DNA of 32,000 nucleotides from Xanthomonas campestris pv. campestris str. ATCC 33913 (GTDB lineage Bacteria; Pseudomonadota; Gammaproteobacteria; Xanthomonadales; Xanthomonadaceae): NCBI RefSeq assembly GCF_000007145.1, contig NC_003902.1, positions 340,325 to 372,324 of the forward strand, read 5' to 3'. Shown piece by piece: positions 24,320 to 31,998 of this stretch (position 1 is its first letter; each line of letters starts with the position of its first letter). The notes under the pieces were generated by a model. It saw only the letters and a program-made list of their open reading frames with translations, ran no database searches and was not told where the DNA came from. The position numbers and the translations under genes were made by a program.

Positions 24320-25372
24320 TCAACGCAGGAAAAAGTCGCTATAGCCCTGGCTGCGCAGGCCACGGCGATAGGCGATCGAACTGCGATCGGCGGGGATGTG
24401 CACTTCCAGCAGCGGGTCCAGCGGCAGGTATTCCGGGCGCTGCGCTTCCACCATCGCGCGGTCTTCCTCGAACACGCGCAGGTTGAAGGCATGGACGTCC
24501 TCCACCGGCAGATGGGTGTCGAAGTTGCGCGCAATCGGCACCAGCAGCCGGGTCTTGTGCTTGGACACCGGGCTGGCCGCGTTCATGATCACCAGCCGCT
24601 TGCCCGGCACCGGGAAGTGGATGGTGAGCGTGGCGGTGAACGGCAGGTGCACTTCGAAATGGCGCAGCCACTGGAAGCCGGGGTCAACGTCGGGCAGCGG
24701 CATGTCCACCGAATAGTTGGCCACGCTGCTGAGGTAATCGGCGTTGAAACCGGTCGGCGTTTCGGTGGTGGTGTAGGCCGGCACTTCGCGCTTGTCTGGC
24801 TGGGCGAAGGTGGCGGTGTGCACGAAGGCGAAATGCGCCACGTCGATAAAGCCTTCCAGCTGCCGCGCGGCACTGCCGGCGATGTCGAAGCCCGGGCACA
24901 CAATCTGCTGGAAGCCGTCCTCGTCCCAGCCCGGCATCGGCGGGATCTGCACCTCGGCCGCGCTCACCCCGGCCGGCTTGGCCAGGCACACCCAGATCAG
25001 CCCGTAGCGCTCGGCCACCGCATAGGTGTGCAGGCGCATCTTGGCGGGGATGTTCTGATTCGGGCTGGCCGGGATGTGGTTGCAGCGCCCGCCCGCGCCG
25101 AAGCGCAGCCCGTGATAGGCGCACACCACCCCGGCGCCATCGGCGCTGCCCATGCTCAGCGGCACGCCGCGATGCGGGCAGACATCGCGCGCGGCCACCA
25201 GCTCGGCGCCCAGCCGGTACAGCACCAACGGCTCGTCCAGCAGCATGGCCTTGAACGGCGCCTCGCTCACCTCGCTGCTCAGCGCCACCGCGTGCCAGTG
25301 CTGGGCCAGGCGCTGCCAGTCGGCGGCCTCAAAGGTGCAGTGCAGCGGCAGGGCGGGGACGGCGACATCCAT
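24320..25372 (-). CDS. hpxD: Rieske non-haem-iron oxygenase alpha subunit (class IA, no beta subunit), HpxD-like
   Basis: 350 aa from ATG 25372. Rieske motif CPHRGVPLS...CAYHGLRF. The catalytic domain carries the FIDVAHFAFVH iron-ligand region. Immediately followed by its reductase. Confidence 0.8.
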   Translation of the reverse strand: MDVAVPALPLHCTFEAADWQRLAQHWHAVALSSEVSEAPFKAMLLDEPLVLYRLGAELVAARDVCPHRGVPLSMGSADGAGVVCAYHGLRFGAGGRCNHIPASPNQNIPAKMRLHTYAVAERYGLIWVCLAKPAGVSAAEVQIPPMPGWDEDGFQQIVCPGFDIAGSAARQLEGFIDVAHFAFVHTATFAQPDKREVPAYTTTETPTGFNADYLSSVANYSVDMPLPDVDPGFQWLRHFEVHLPFTATLTIHFPVPGKRLVIMNAASPVSKHKTRLLVPIARNFDTHLPVEDVHAFNLRVFEEDRAMVEAQRPEYLPLDPLLEVHIPADRSSIAYRRGLRSQGYSDFFLR

Positions 25373-25445
25373 GGGGCGGTCTCTGGCGTAAGGCGGGAGC
25401 GGTGCCGGATTGACTCTAGGAAGCCGGGGGTGTGTGATCAAACAT

Positions 25446-25484
25446 CGTTTTTCCGCCAAGCCATTGCAAAAAATGCAACGGCCA
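25446..25484. promoter_or_regulatory. second copy of the T-N11-A module, perfect dyad TTGCAAAAAATGCAA, in the hpxD / lysR divergent region
   Basis: CGTTTTTCCGCCAAGCCATTGCAAAAAATGCAACGGCC. The dyad is at 25464-25478, ~99 nt upstream of the hpxD ATG and 22 nt upstream of the LysR ATG. Confidence 0.45.
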
Positions 25485-25499
25485 ACCGAGCCCCGCCCC

Positions 25500-26417
25500 A
25501 TGCTGACCTTCTCGCGCTTCACCCGCTACTTCATCGAAGTGGCCCGCTGCGGCAGCATCCGCAAGGCATCGGACGTGCTGCACGTGTCCGCCTCGGCGAT
25601 CGACCGGCAGATCCTCAAGGCCGAGGAAGAGCTGGGCGCGCAGCTGTTCGAACGCCTGCCCGGCCGCCTGCGGCTCACTGCCGCCGGCGAGCTGCTGCTG
25701 GTGGACGTGCGCCAGTGGGAGAAGGCCTATGCGCGCACCCTGGAGCGCTTCGACGAGCTCAAGGGGCTGCGCCGCGGGCACGTGGAGATCGCAATGATCG
25801 ACGCGCTCAGCGAGGGCGTGGTGCCGGCTGCGGTGGCGGCGCTGGTGCAGGAATACCCCGGCATCACCTTCAACCTGTCCACCGCGCGCAACCAGCGGGT
25901 GATGGAGATGGTGACCTCGGCGGATGTGGATATCGGCCTGCTGCTGGACCCAGTGAGCAGCGTGGACCTGGAGGTACGCGCGTTCGCCGACATCCCGCTC
26001 GGCATTGCGATGCCGGTGGGTCACCCGTTGAGCAGCCGCAGCGAGCTGCAGCTGAGCGAAACGCTGGAGCACCGCCTGCTGCTGCCGGCCGCGCCGTTGA
26101 TCGTGGGCGAGCACGCCAAGGTGCTGTACCAGCGCCAGCACATCGACGTGAAGCGGCTCACCCACTGCAACGACGTACGCACGCTGCGTGGGCTGGTGCG
26201 GGCTGGCGCCGGCGTGGGCCTGATGTCGTGGCTGGACGCCGCCCCCGACGTGGCCGACGGCCGCCTGGCCTTCGTGCCGTTCCGCCAGCACCTGACCAAA
26301 CCGATGACCCTGGCCCTGTGCGTGGCCCCGCAGCGCCAGCTCTCGCGTTCGGCACAGCTGGCGATCCAGGCGCTGGCGGCGAAGATCGACGCGATGGCGG
26401 TGCCGGCGGTTGGTTGA
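25500..26417 (+). CDS. LysR-family transcriptional regulator (divergent from hpxDE-like genes)
   Basis: 305 aa from ATG 25500. wHTH FIEVARCGSIRKASDVLHVSASAIDRQILKAEEELGAQLFERLPGRLRLTAAG. An alternative ATG at 25473 lies inside the dyad. Confidence 0.85.
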   Translation: MLTFSRFTRYFIEVARCGSIRKASDVLHVSASAIDRQILKAEEELGAQLFERLPGRLRLTAAGELLLVDVRQWEKAYARTLERFDELKGLRRGHVEIAMIDALSEGVVPAAVAALVQEYPGITFNLSTARNQRVMEMVTSADVDIGLLLDPVSSVDLEVRAFADIPLGIAMPVGHPLSSRSELQLSETLEHRLLLPAAPLIVGEHAKVLYQRQHIDVKRLTHCNDVRTLRGLVRAGAGVGLMSWLDAAPDVADGRLAFVPFRQHLTKPMTLALCVAPQRQLSRSAQLAIQALAAKIDAMAVPAVG

Positions 26418-26418
26418 A

Positions 26419-26690
26419 CCCCTCTCCCTCTTGGAAGAAGGGAGCAAAGCCCCTCTCCCGCGGGGCGAGAGGGCACAGTTTGCGCGCCACTGGCGCGCGT
26501 GCCTTGGAGCGCCCGCGTCGCAAACGCGGGCCGGGGCGCGCAGCGGGGGTTGGGGTGAGGGTACGGCGGCGCAGCAGTCGGTGCAGCACTTCTGAAGGCG
26601 CGTGGCGACGCGTTTGTCACTGCAGGCACTGACAGATGCAGGAGGCGCCATCCGGCGCTGCGCGCCACCTTCTCCCGATGGGAGACGGGA
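26419..26690. repeat. composite copy of the CTCTCCC/GGGAGAG hairpin plus GGGGTGAGGGT repeat family
   Basis: Hairpins at 26421-26445, 26451-26473 and 26669-26690. GTTGGGGTGAGGGT at 26549-26562. The right end CATCCGGCGCTGCGCGCCACCTTCTCCCGATGGGAGACGGGA parallels 18634-18672. Confidence 0.5.
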
Positions 26691-26752
26691 CGCCAAGCGC
26701 ATACAACTTCCGTTAGTTAAACTTGCCAGGCTTCCCCACACGACACCCGCAC

Positions 26753-27559
26753 ATGCAGTTGATCGATATCGGCGCCAACCTCACCCATGATTCCTTCGAC
26801 CGCGACCGCGATGCCGTGTTGCAACGTGCGCGCGATGCCGGTGTGGCGCAGCTGGTGATCACCGGTGCCAGCCGCGAGCATTCGCCGCTGGCCCTGCAGC
26901 TGGCGCAGCAGCATCCTGGATTTCTCTACGCCACCGCCGGCGTGCATCCGCACCATGCAGTGGAATTCACCGCCGAATGCGAGCGGGAAATGCGCGCGCT
27001 GCAGGCCCAGCCGCAGGTGGTGGCGGTGGGCGAATGCGGGCTGGATTATTACCGCGATTTCGCGCCGCGCCCGGCCCAGCACAAGGCCTTCGAACGGCAG
27101 CTGCAGCTGGCCGCCGATAACGGCAAACCGCTGTTCCTGCATCAGCGCGATGCGCATGACGATTTCCTCTCGATCATGCGCGCGTTCGACGGCCGCCTGG
27201 GCGCGGCGGTGGTGCACTGCTTCACCGGCACGCGCGAAGAACTGTTCGATTACCTGGACCGCGATTACTACATCGGCATCACCGGCTGGTTGTGCGACGA
27301 GCGCCGCGGCGCGCATCTGCGCGAGCTGGTACGCAACATCCCGGCCAACCGGTTGATGATCGAAACCGATGCGCCCTACTTGCTGCCACGCACGCTCAAG
27401 CCGCTGCCCAAGGAGCGCCGCAACGAACCGATGTTTCTCTCGCACATTGTCGAAGAGCTGGCGCGCGACCGCGGCGAAGATGTCGCGGTGACCGCCGAAA
27501 ACAGCACGGCCGCCGCGCGCGCATTCTTCCGGCTGCCGGTGCCCGCCACCGCCGCGTGA
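26753..27559 (+). CDS. tatD: TatD-family metal-dependent hydrolase (3'-5' exonuclease/DNase TatD)
   Basis: 268 aa from ATG 26753. IDIGANLTHDSF..., TAGVHPH, AVGECGLDYYRDF, LFLHQRDAH, VVHCFTGTREEL, IGITGWLCDERRG, IETDAPYLLPR and RNEP align throughout with E. coli TatD. Confidence 0.9.
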   Translation: MQLIDIGANLTHDSFDRDRDAVLQRARDAGVAQLVITGASREHSPLALQLAQQHPGFLYATAGVHPHHAVEFTAECEREMRALQAQPQVVAVGECGLDYYRDFAPRPAQHKAFERQLQLAADNGKPLFLHQRDAHDDFLSIMRAFDGRLGAAVVHCFTGTREELFDYLDRDYYIGITGWLCDERRGAHLRELVRNIPANRLMIETDAPYLLPRTLKPLPKERRNEPMFLSHIVEELARDRGEDVAVTAENSTAAARAFFRLPVPATAA

Positions 27560-27574
27560 GTGCGGCGGCGGTGT

Positions 27575-28243
27575 TTACGCCGCCAGCAATTCCCAGCCCT
27601 GTGCATCGCGCAATCGCAGGCCTGGCTGCGGCGCGTCCACGCTGACGCGTAGGCCGCTGGCCCACGGCAGTTGGCGTTGTTGCGGAAACCAGCGCCGCGC
27701 CTGGTCCACCACGATCAACAGCCCGTGGTCGTCGCCAAGCGCGGCAAACCCTTCCAGCGTCGGTGCAAACGGCTGCACGCCGAAGTGATGGCCCACGCTG
27801 CTGGTTACCGCAGCCACATTGCTGCTGGGCAGCCCGATCTCGCTCAGGCACAGCAGTTCGCTACCGTGAAACGCACCCTGGCCGGTGGGTGCGTCCTGCA
27901 GCGCATTGCGGGCGATCAGTTCGAGCACGGCGCCATCGGGGCCGGCGAAATACACCGACTGCGATTGCCACACGCCATCGAGCTGGAAGCGCTCCTGGCC
28001 ATGTGGGTCGGTGAGCAGCGCGGCACGTGCGCCGACCCAGGCAGCTGCCGCATCGAAGCGCGCAGGTGCCACATTGAAGGCCAGATGCACGCTACCCACC
28101 GGCTGCTGCGCCTGCACGCATTCCAACGTGCTCCAGCCAATGCGCACGCTGTTGCCGGCGAGCGGCAGCTGCAGCACATCACGATAGAAGCGCAGGGTGA
28201 GATCCGGGTCCAGACACGGCAACAGCAGATGACGCAGACGCAT
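27575..28243 (-). CDS. VOC (glyoxalase/bleomycin-resistance/dioxygenase) fold protein, function unknown
   Basis: 222 aa from ATG 28243 (MRLRHLLLPCLDPDLTLRFYRDVLQL...). Two beta-alpha-beta-beta-beta-like halves. The call rests on general family resemblance only. Confidence 0.55.
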   Translation of the reverse strand: MRLRHLLLPCLDPDLTLRFYRDVLQLPLAGNSVRIGWSTLECVQAQQPVGSVHLAFNVAPARFDAAAAWVGARAALLTDPHGQERFQLDGVWQSQSVYFAGPDGAVLELIARNALQDAPTGQGAFHGSELLCLSEIGLPSSNVAAVTSSVGHHFGVQPFAPTLEGFAALGDDHGLLIVVDQARRWFPQQRQLPWASGLRVSVDAPQPGLRLRDAQGWELLAA

Positions 28244-28321
28244 GGCAAGCACACCAGTCAGAAGGAGCGCCCATTCAACGACCTAAAGCATGGTTGAGGT
28301 CAAGCGGTTTGTCTGCAATCT

Positions 28322-28821
28322 CCGCACGCATGGAATGCACACAGGCACGTGCCCCTGTAGGAGCGCACTTGTGCGCGAACGCATTACCGGGAATGCCACA
28401 TCGCGCGCAAGCGCGCTCCTACGTTGGCTGTGCACAGCGCAGCTAGCCCGCACGCGTGGAATGCACATAGGCACGTGCCCTTGTAGGAGCGCACTCGTGC
28501 GCGAACGCGTTACCGGGAATGCCACGTCGCGCGCAAGCGCGCTCCTACGTGGCTGTGCACAGCGCAGCTGCTGCGTATGCAGCCAGCACGCGTGGAGCGC
28601 ACATAGGCACGTGCCCATGTAGGAGCGCACTTGTGCGCGAACGCGTTACCGGGAAAGCCACATCGCGCGCAAGCGTGCTCCTACGTTGGGTGTGCACGGC
28701 GCAGCTGCTGCGTATGCAGCCCGCACGCGTGGAGCGCACATAGGCACGTGCCCTTGTAGGAGCGCACTCGTGCGCGAACGCGTTACCGGTAAAGCCACCT
28801 CGCGCGCAAGCGCGCTCCTAC
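28322..28821. repeat. second tandem array of composite REP units: 4 variant GTAG hairpins, periods 126/136/137 bp
   Basis: GTAG heads at 28357, 28483, 28619 and 28756. The left arm GTAGGAGCGCACTTGTGCGCG pairs with the right arm CGCGCGCAAGCGCGCTCCTAC. Conserved linkers carry GCTGC-GTAT-GCAGC. Confidence 0.85.
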
Positions 28822-28864
28822 CTGGTCAATGACACTGCAACCGTCTGCAGCCACTCACCTACTC

Positions 28865-29752
28865 TCAAATCAACTCCGCCAACGTCCACAAATGCCGCAC
28901 CAATGGCGCGTTCTCCAGCGCTCCGGGCGAGACCGCCAAGGCCAGGCGGGCCAGCGGCATCTGGCCTTCGATGTCCAGATAGCGCACGCCGGGCAGCTGC
29001 AGCTGCGCCGTGGAGGCGGGCACCACCGAGACGCCCAATTCGGCGGCCACCAGGTTGACGATCGATGACATCTGCGGCGCTTCCTGGGTGATGCGCAAGG
29101 TCACGCCGGAGGCGCGGCAGGCCGCCAGGATCTCGTCGTACAGGCTGGAGCCGAAGCTGCGCGGAAACAGGATGAACGGCTCGCCGGCCAGGGCCGCCAA
29201 CGGTGCACTGTCCAACGCGGCAAGCCGGTGCGCGGCGGGTACGGCAATCTTCATCGGTTCGTCGGCAAAGCGCAGCAACTGCAGGTCCGGCGGCGTGCTC
29301 AGGCCGTAACGCACGAACGCCGCATCCAGCTTTCCTTCGGCCAGGGCCACCAGCAAGCCGGCGGTGTTGGTTTCTTCCAGCAGGAGCTCCACCTGTGGCC
29401 ACTGCCGGCGGAAATCGCGGATCAGCCGTGGCACCACCGGGTTGAACGCGGCCGAGGCGGTGAAGCCCAGCCGCAGCCGGCCGGATTCGCCACGCGCCAC
29501 GCGGCGTGCGGTTTCGGCAGCCCGTTCCACATCGACCAACACCCGGCGCACCTCGCCCAGGAACGCCTCGCCGGCCGCGGTGAGCTCGGCGCCGGCATGG
29601 GTGCGACGGAACAACGGCGTGCCCAGGTCGCGTTCCAGTGCCTGGATCTGCTGGCTCAACGGCGGTTGCCCGATGCCCACGCGTGCGGCGCCGCGGGTGA
29701 AGTTGCCTTCTTCGGCAACGGCCAGGAAATAGCGCAGGTGGCGAAGTTCCAA
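28865..29752 (-). CDS. LysR-family transcriptional regulator (YnfL-like, divergent from ynfM-like MFS)
   Basis: With TTG 29752 the protein begins (M)ELRHLRYFLAVAEEGNFTRGAARVGIGQPPLSQQIQALE, the canonical LysR N-terminus. Codons between the upstream ATG 29788 and 29752 have low GC3, unlike the rest of the gene. Confidence 0.85.
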   Translation of the reverse strand: MELRHLRYFLAVAEEGNFTRGAARVGIGQPPLSQQIQALERDLGTPLFRRTHAGAELTAAGEAFLGEVRRVLVDVERAAETARRVARGESGRLRLGFTASAAFNPVVPRLIRDFRRQWPQVELLLEETNTAGLLVALAEGKLDAAFVRYGLSTPPDLQLLRFADEPMKIAVPAAHRLAALDSAPLAALAGEPFILFPRSFGSSLYDEILAACRASGVTLRITQEAPQMSSIVNLVAAELGVSVVPASTAQLQLPGVRYLDIEGQMPLARLALAVSPGALENAPLVRHLWTLAELI

Positions 29753-29849
29753 GGTATCTGTTTCGCATATGGACGCTGCGACAATCATATATTGGACAGG
29801 GGGTGGGCCGGGGGACATTCTGGCCGTCCCACGTCTCGGTTGCGCTCCT

Positions 29850-31118
29850 GTGTCTTCCTCCGATTGCCGCCCCGGCGCCCTGTCCGCCGCCGCCCTGCCC
29901 GCAGACACGCCGGCAACCGGCCGCATCCGCCTGGCGTTGTTCCTGGCCGGCTTTGCCACCTTCTCGCTGCTGTACAGCGTGCAGCCGGTGCTGCCGGAAT
30001 TTGCCCGCACCTTCGGTGTGGATGCGGCCACGGCCTCGTTGCCGTTGTCGCTGGCGACCGGTGCGCTGGCGATTGCGATCTTCTGTGCCGGTGCGGTGTC
30101 GGAGAATCTGGGCCGGCGCGGGCTGATGTTTGTCTCCATCGCGCTGGCCGCAGTGCTCAACCTGATCGCCGCCTTCCTGCCGCACTGGGGCGCGCTGGTG
30201 GCGGTGCGCACCTTGTCCGGCATCGCGCTGGGCGGGGTGCCGGCGGTGGCCATGGTCTATCTGGCCGAAGAGCTGCCGGCCAGCAAACTGGGCGCGGCCA
30301 CCGGGCTGTACGTGGCCGGTAACGCGTTTGGCGGCATGAGCGGGCGCATCGTGATGAGCCTGCTCACCGACCACTACGACTGGCGTACCGCGCTGGCAGT
30401 GTTGAGCGTGTTCGACCTGCTGTGCGCGGTGGCGTTCGTGTGGCTGCTGCCGCCCTCGCGTCACTTCGTGCGCCGGCACGGCGTCAACCTGCACTACCAC
30501 CTGCGCGCCTGGGGCGGGCATCTGCGTAACCGCCAGTTGTTGTGGCTGTTCTCGATCCCGTTCCTGTTGATGGGCGTGTTCGTCAGCGTCTACAACTACG
30601 CCGGGTTCCGCCTGGGCGGCGCGGAATACGGCCTGAGCCAGAGCCAGATCGGCATGATCTTTAGCGCGTACGTGTTCGGCATCGTGTCTTCATCAGTGGC
30701 CGGTGCGGCTTCGGACCGCTACGGCCGGGGCCCGGTGGTGCTGGCCGGCACGCTCACCGCCGCGGCCGGTGTGGCGTTGACGCTGGCGCATGCCTTGCCG
30801 GTGGTGATTGCCGGGGTAGTGCTGCTGACGATCGGGTTTTTCATTGCGCATTCGTCGGCCAGCGCCTGGGTGGGCCGGCTGGGCGGTGCGGCGCGTAGCC
30901 ATGCAGCGTCGTTGTATCTGCTGGCCTACTACAGCGGTGCCAGCCTGGTCGGCGCGGTCAGCGGCTGGTTCTGGCAGCACGGCGGTTGGGGTGCGCTGGT
31001 GGCGTTCTGCGGCAGCTTGCTCGCCCTGGCCTTGCTGGCGGCGCAGGTACTACGCCGCAGTGCGGACGACTCGCGCCCGTATGGGCGCTTTGCGCCACAT
31101 CCACCGCGCGGGGAGTAA
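29850..31118 (+). CDS. ynfM: MFS transporter, YnfM family
   Basis: FATFSLLYSVQPVLPEF, GNAFGGMSGR, DRYGRGPV and HSSASAWVG align with E. coli YnfM. I chose GTG 29850 because GC3 rises sharply only after it. The ORF-track ATG 29769 would sit 17 nt from the LysR start in AT-rich sequence. Confidence 0.8.
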   Translation: MSSSDCRPGALSAAALPADTPATGRIRLALFLAGFATFSLLYSVQPVLPEFARTFGVDAATASLPLSLATGALAIAIFCAGAVSENLGRRGLMFVSIALAAVLNLIAAFLPHWGALVAVRTLSGIALGGVPAVAMVYLAEELPASKLGAATGLYVAGNAFGGMSGRIVMSLLTDHYDWRTALAVLSVFDLLCAVAFVWLLPPSRHFVRRHGVNLHYHLRAWGGHLRNRQLLWLFSIPFLLMGVFVSVYNYAGFRLGGAEYGLSQSQIGMIFSAYVFGIVSSSVAGAASDRYGRGPVVLAGTLTAAAGVALTLAHALPVVIAGVVLLTIGFFIAHSSASAWVGRLGGAARSHAASLYLLAYYSGASLVGAVSGWFWQHGGWGALVAFCGSLLALALLAAQVLRRSADDSRPYGRFAPHPPRGE

Positions 31119-31318
31119 GCGCCGCGCTATCTGCGATCGCTGTACGGTTGGTCGGGGTGCTTGCGTGCGCTCTGTCGCAAGGTCGGCACTCAAGTCCTCG
31201 CGGCCTGTGATTGCGCGCGCACCGGTTACGCGCGCCATTGCATCCGCGCGTCGCGCGACGTGCAACAACGGCAACCGTGCGTGCCGCATCACGCGCGCAC
31301 CGCTAGATCGCGCCTGCG

Positions 31319-31998
31319 TTACTGCGTTTGCGTTGAAGGCAATGCTGGTGAGCGCGGCGCAGGCGCGCTGCCGGTGCTGGGGTCGTACTGCGGATGCGCC
31401 GGATCCATGCTGCGCGGCCCGCGCACGGGAACCGGCTGCAGCGCGCTTTCGCGCCAGGCGCGCACCAGCAGATCGCGCAGCATTGCCGCGCCGTCGCCGG
31501 CGGTGAGGTAGACCATCGCGCGGCCGTCGGTGCGGGAGGCATCGTCGAACGCACCGGCTTTTTCCAGGCGATACACCTGCTCGACGCGGCCGGTGCCGAT
31601 GGCGAGAAAACCCAGCAACTGCTCGAACACATCGCCGTCCTGATGCGCCAAGGCCGGCATGCGGGTCAGCAAGTCCTGCGGAGTGAGCGCGATCTTGTCG
31701 ATGTAGTCGCTCTCGAACTTGCCGTGCACCTTCGGGTCGGTGCTGTAGCCGTGGGGATTGGGTCCCTGCCAGCCATCGTGGTGGATGCTGTCGTGCTGCG
31801 GCTGCGCGCCGTCGCCGATGTAGTGCGCAAACCAGCTCACCAGGAACGCGCAGGTGCGCTCCAGTTCGCGCGTGTCCTCACCGGCCGCACGCAACGCGCG
31901 GATCTGGCGCATGGTGGCAACGATGCGTTCGTAGCCTTCGGTGGCTGCATACGGCAAGGTGCCGGCCCAGCGCACATTCATGCGCTCGGCGGCGGCCG
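31319..31998 (-). CDS. zinc-dependent phospholipase C / S1-P1 nuclease superfamily protein, N-terminus outside the window
   Basis: FAHYIGDGAQPQHDSIHHDGW resembles the H-x-x-G-D-x-x-Q-P-x-H zinc motif of PLC/P1 nucleases. The frame stays open from 31981 to the window edge and no N-terminal signal or W/H zinc ligands are seen, so the gene is probably truncated. Confidence 0.45.
   Translation of the reverse strand, partial: AAAERMNVRWAGTLPYAATEGYERIVATMRQIRALRAAGEDTRELERTCAFLVSWFAHYIGDGAQPQHDSIHHDGWQGPNPHGYSTDPKVHGKFESDYIDKIALTPQDLLTRMPALAHQDGDVFEQLLGFLAIGTGRVEQVYRLEKAGAFDDASRTDGRAMVYLTAGDGAAMLRDLLVRAWRESALQPVPVRGPRSMDPAHPQYDPSTGSAPAPRSPALPSTQTQ

Noticed and set aside
24398-26632. 744-aa plus-strand ORF and 441-aa minus-strand ORF (25416-26741) across the hpxD/LysR region
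   Set aside because: These are antisense or off-frame shadows of real genes, with low-complexity R/G/A/P-rich translations. This is typical of high-GC DNA with few stop codons.
28283-28743. ORFs of 110, 115, 74 and 64 aa on both strands over the second REP array
   Set aside because: Mutually overlapping on both strands, made of repeat sequence, with no family resemblance.
28322-28821. Possible CRISPR array
   Set aside because: Same reasoning: the inter-repeat segments are homologous to each other, the repeat is a REP hairpin, and there are no cas genes.
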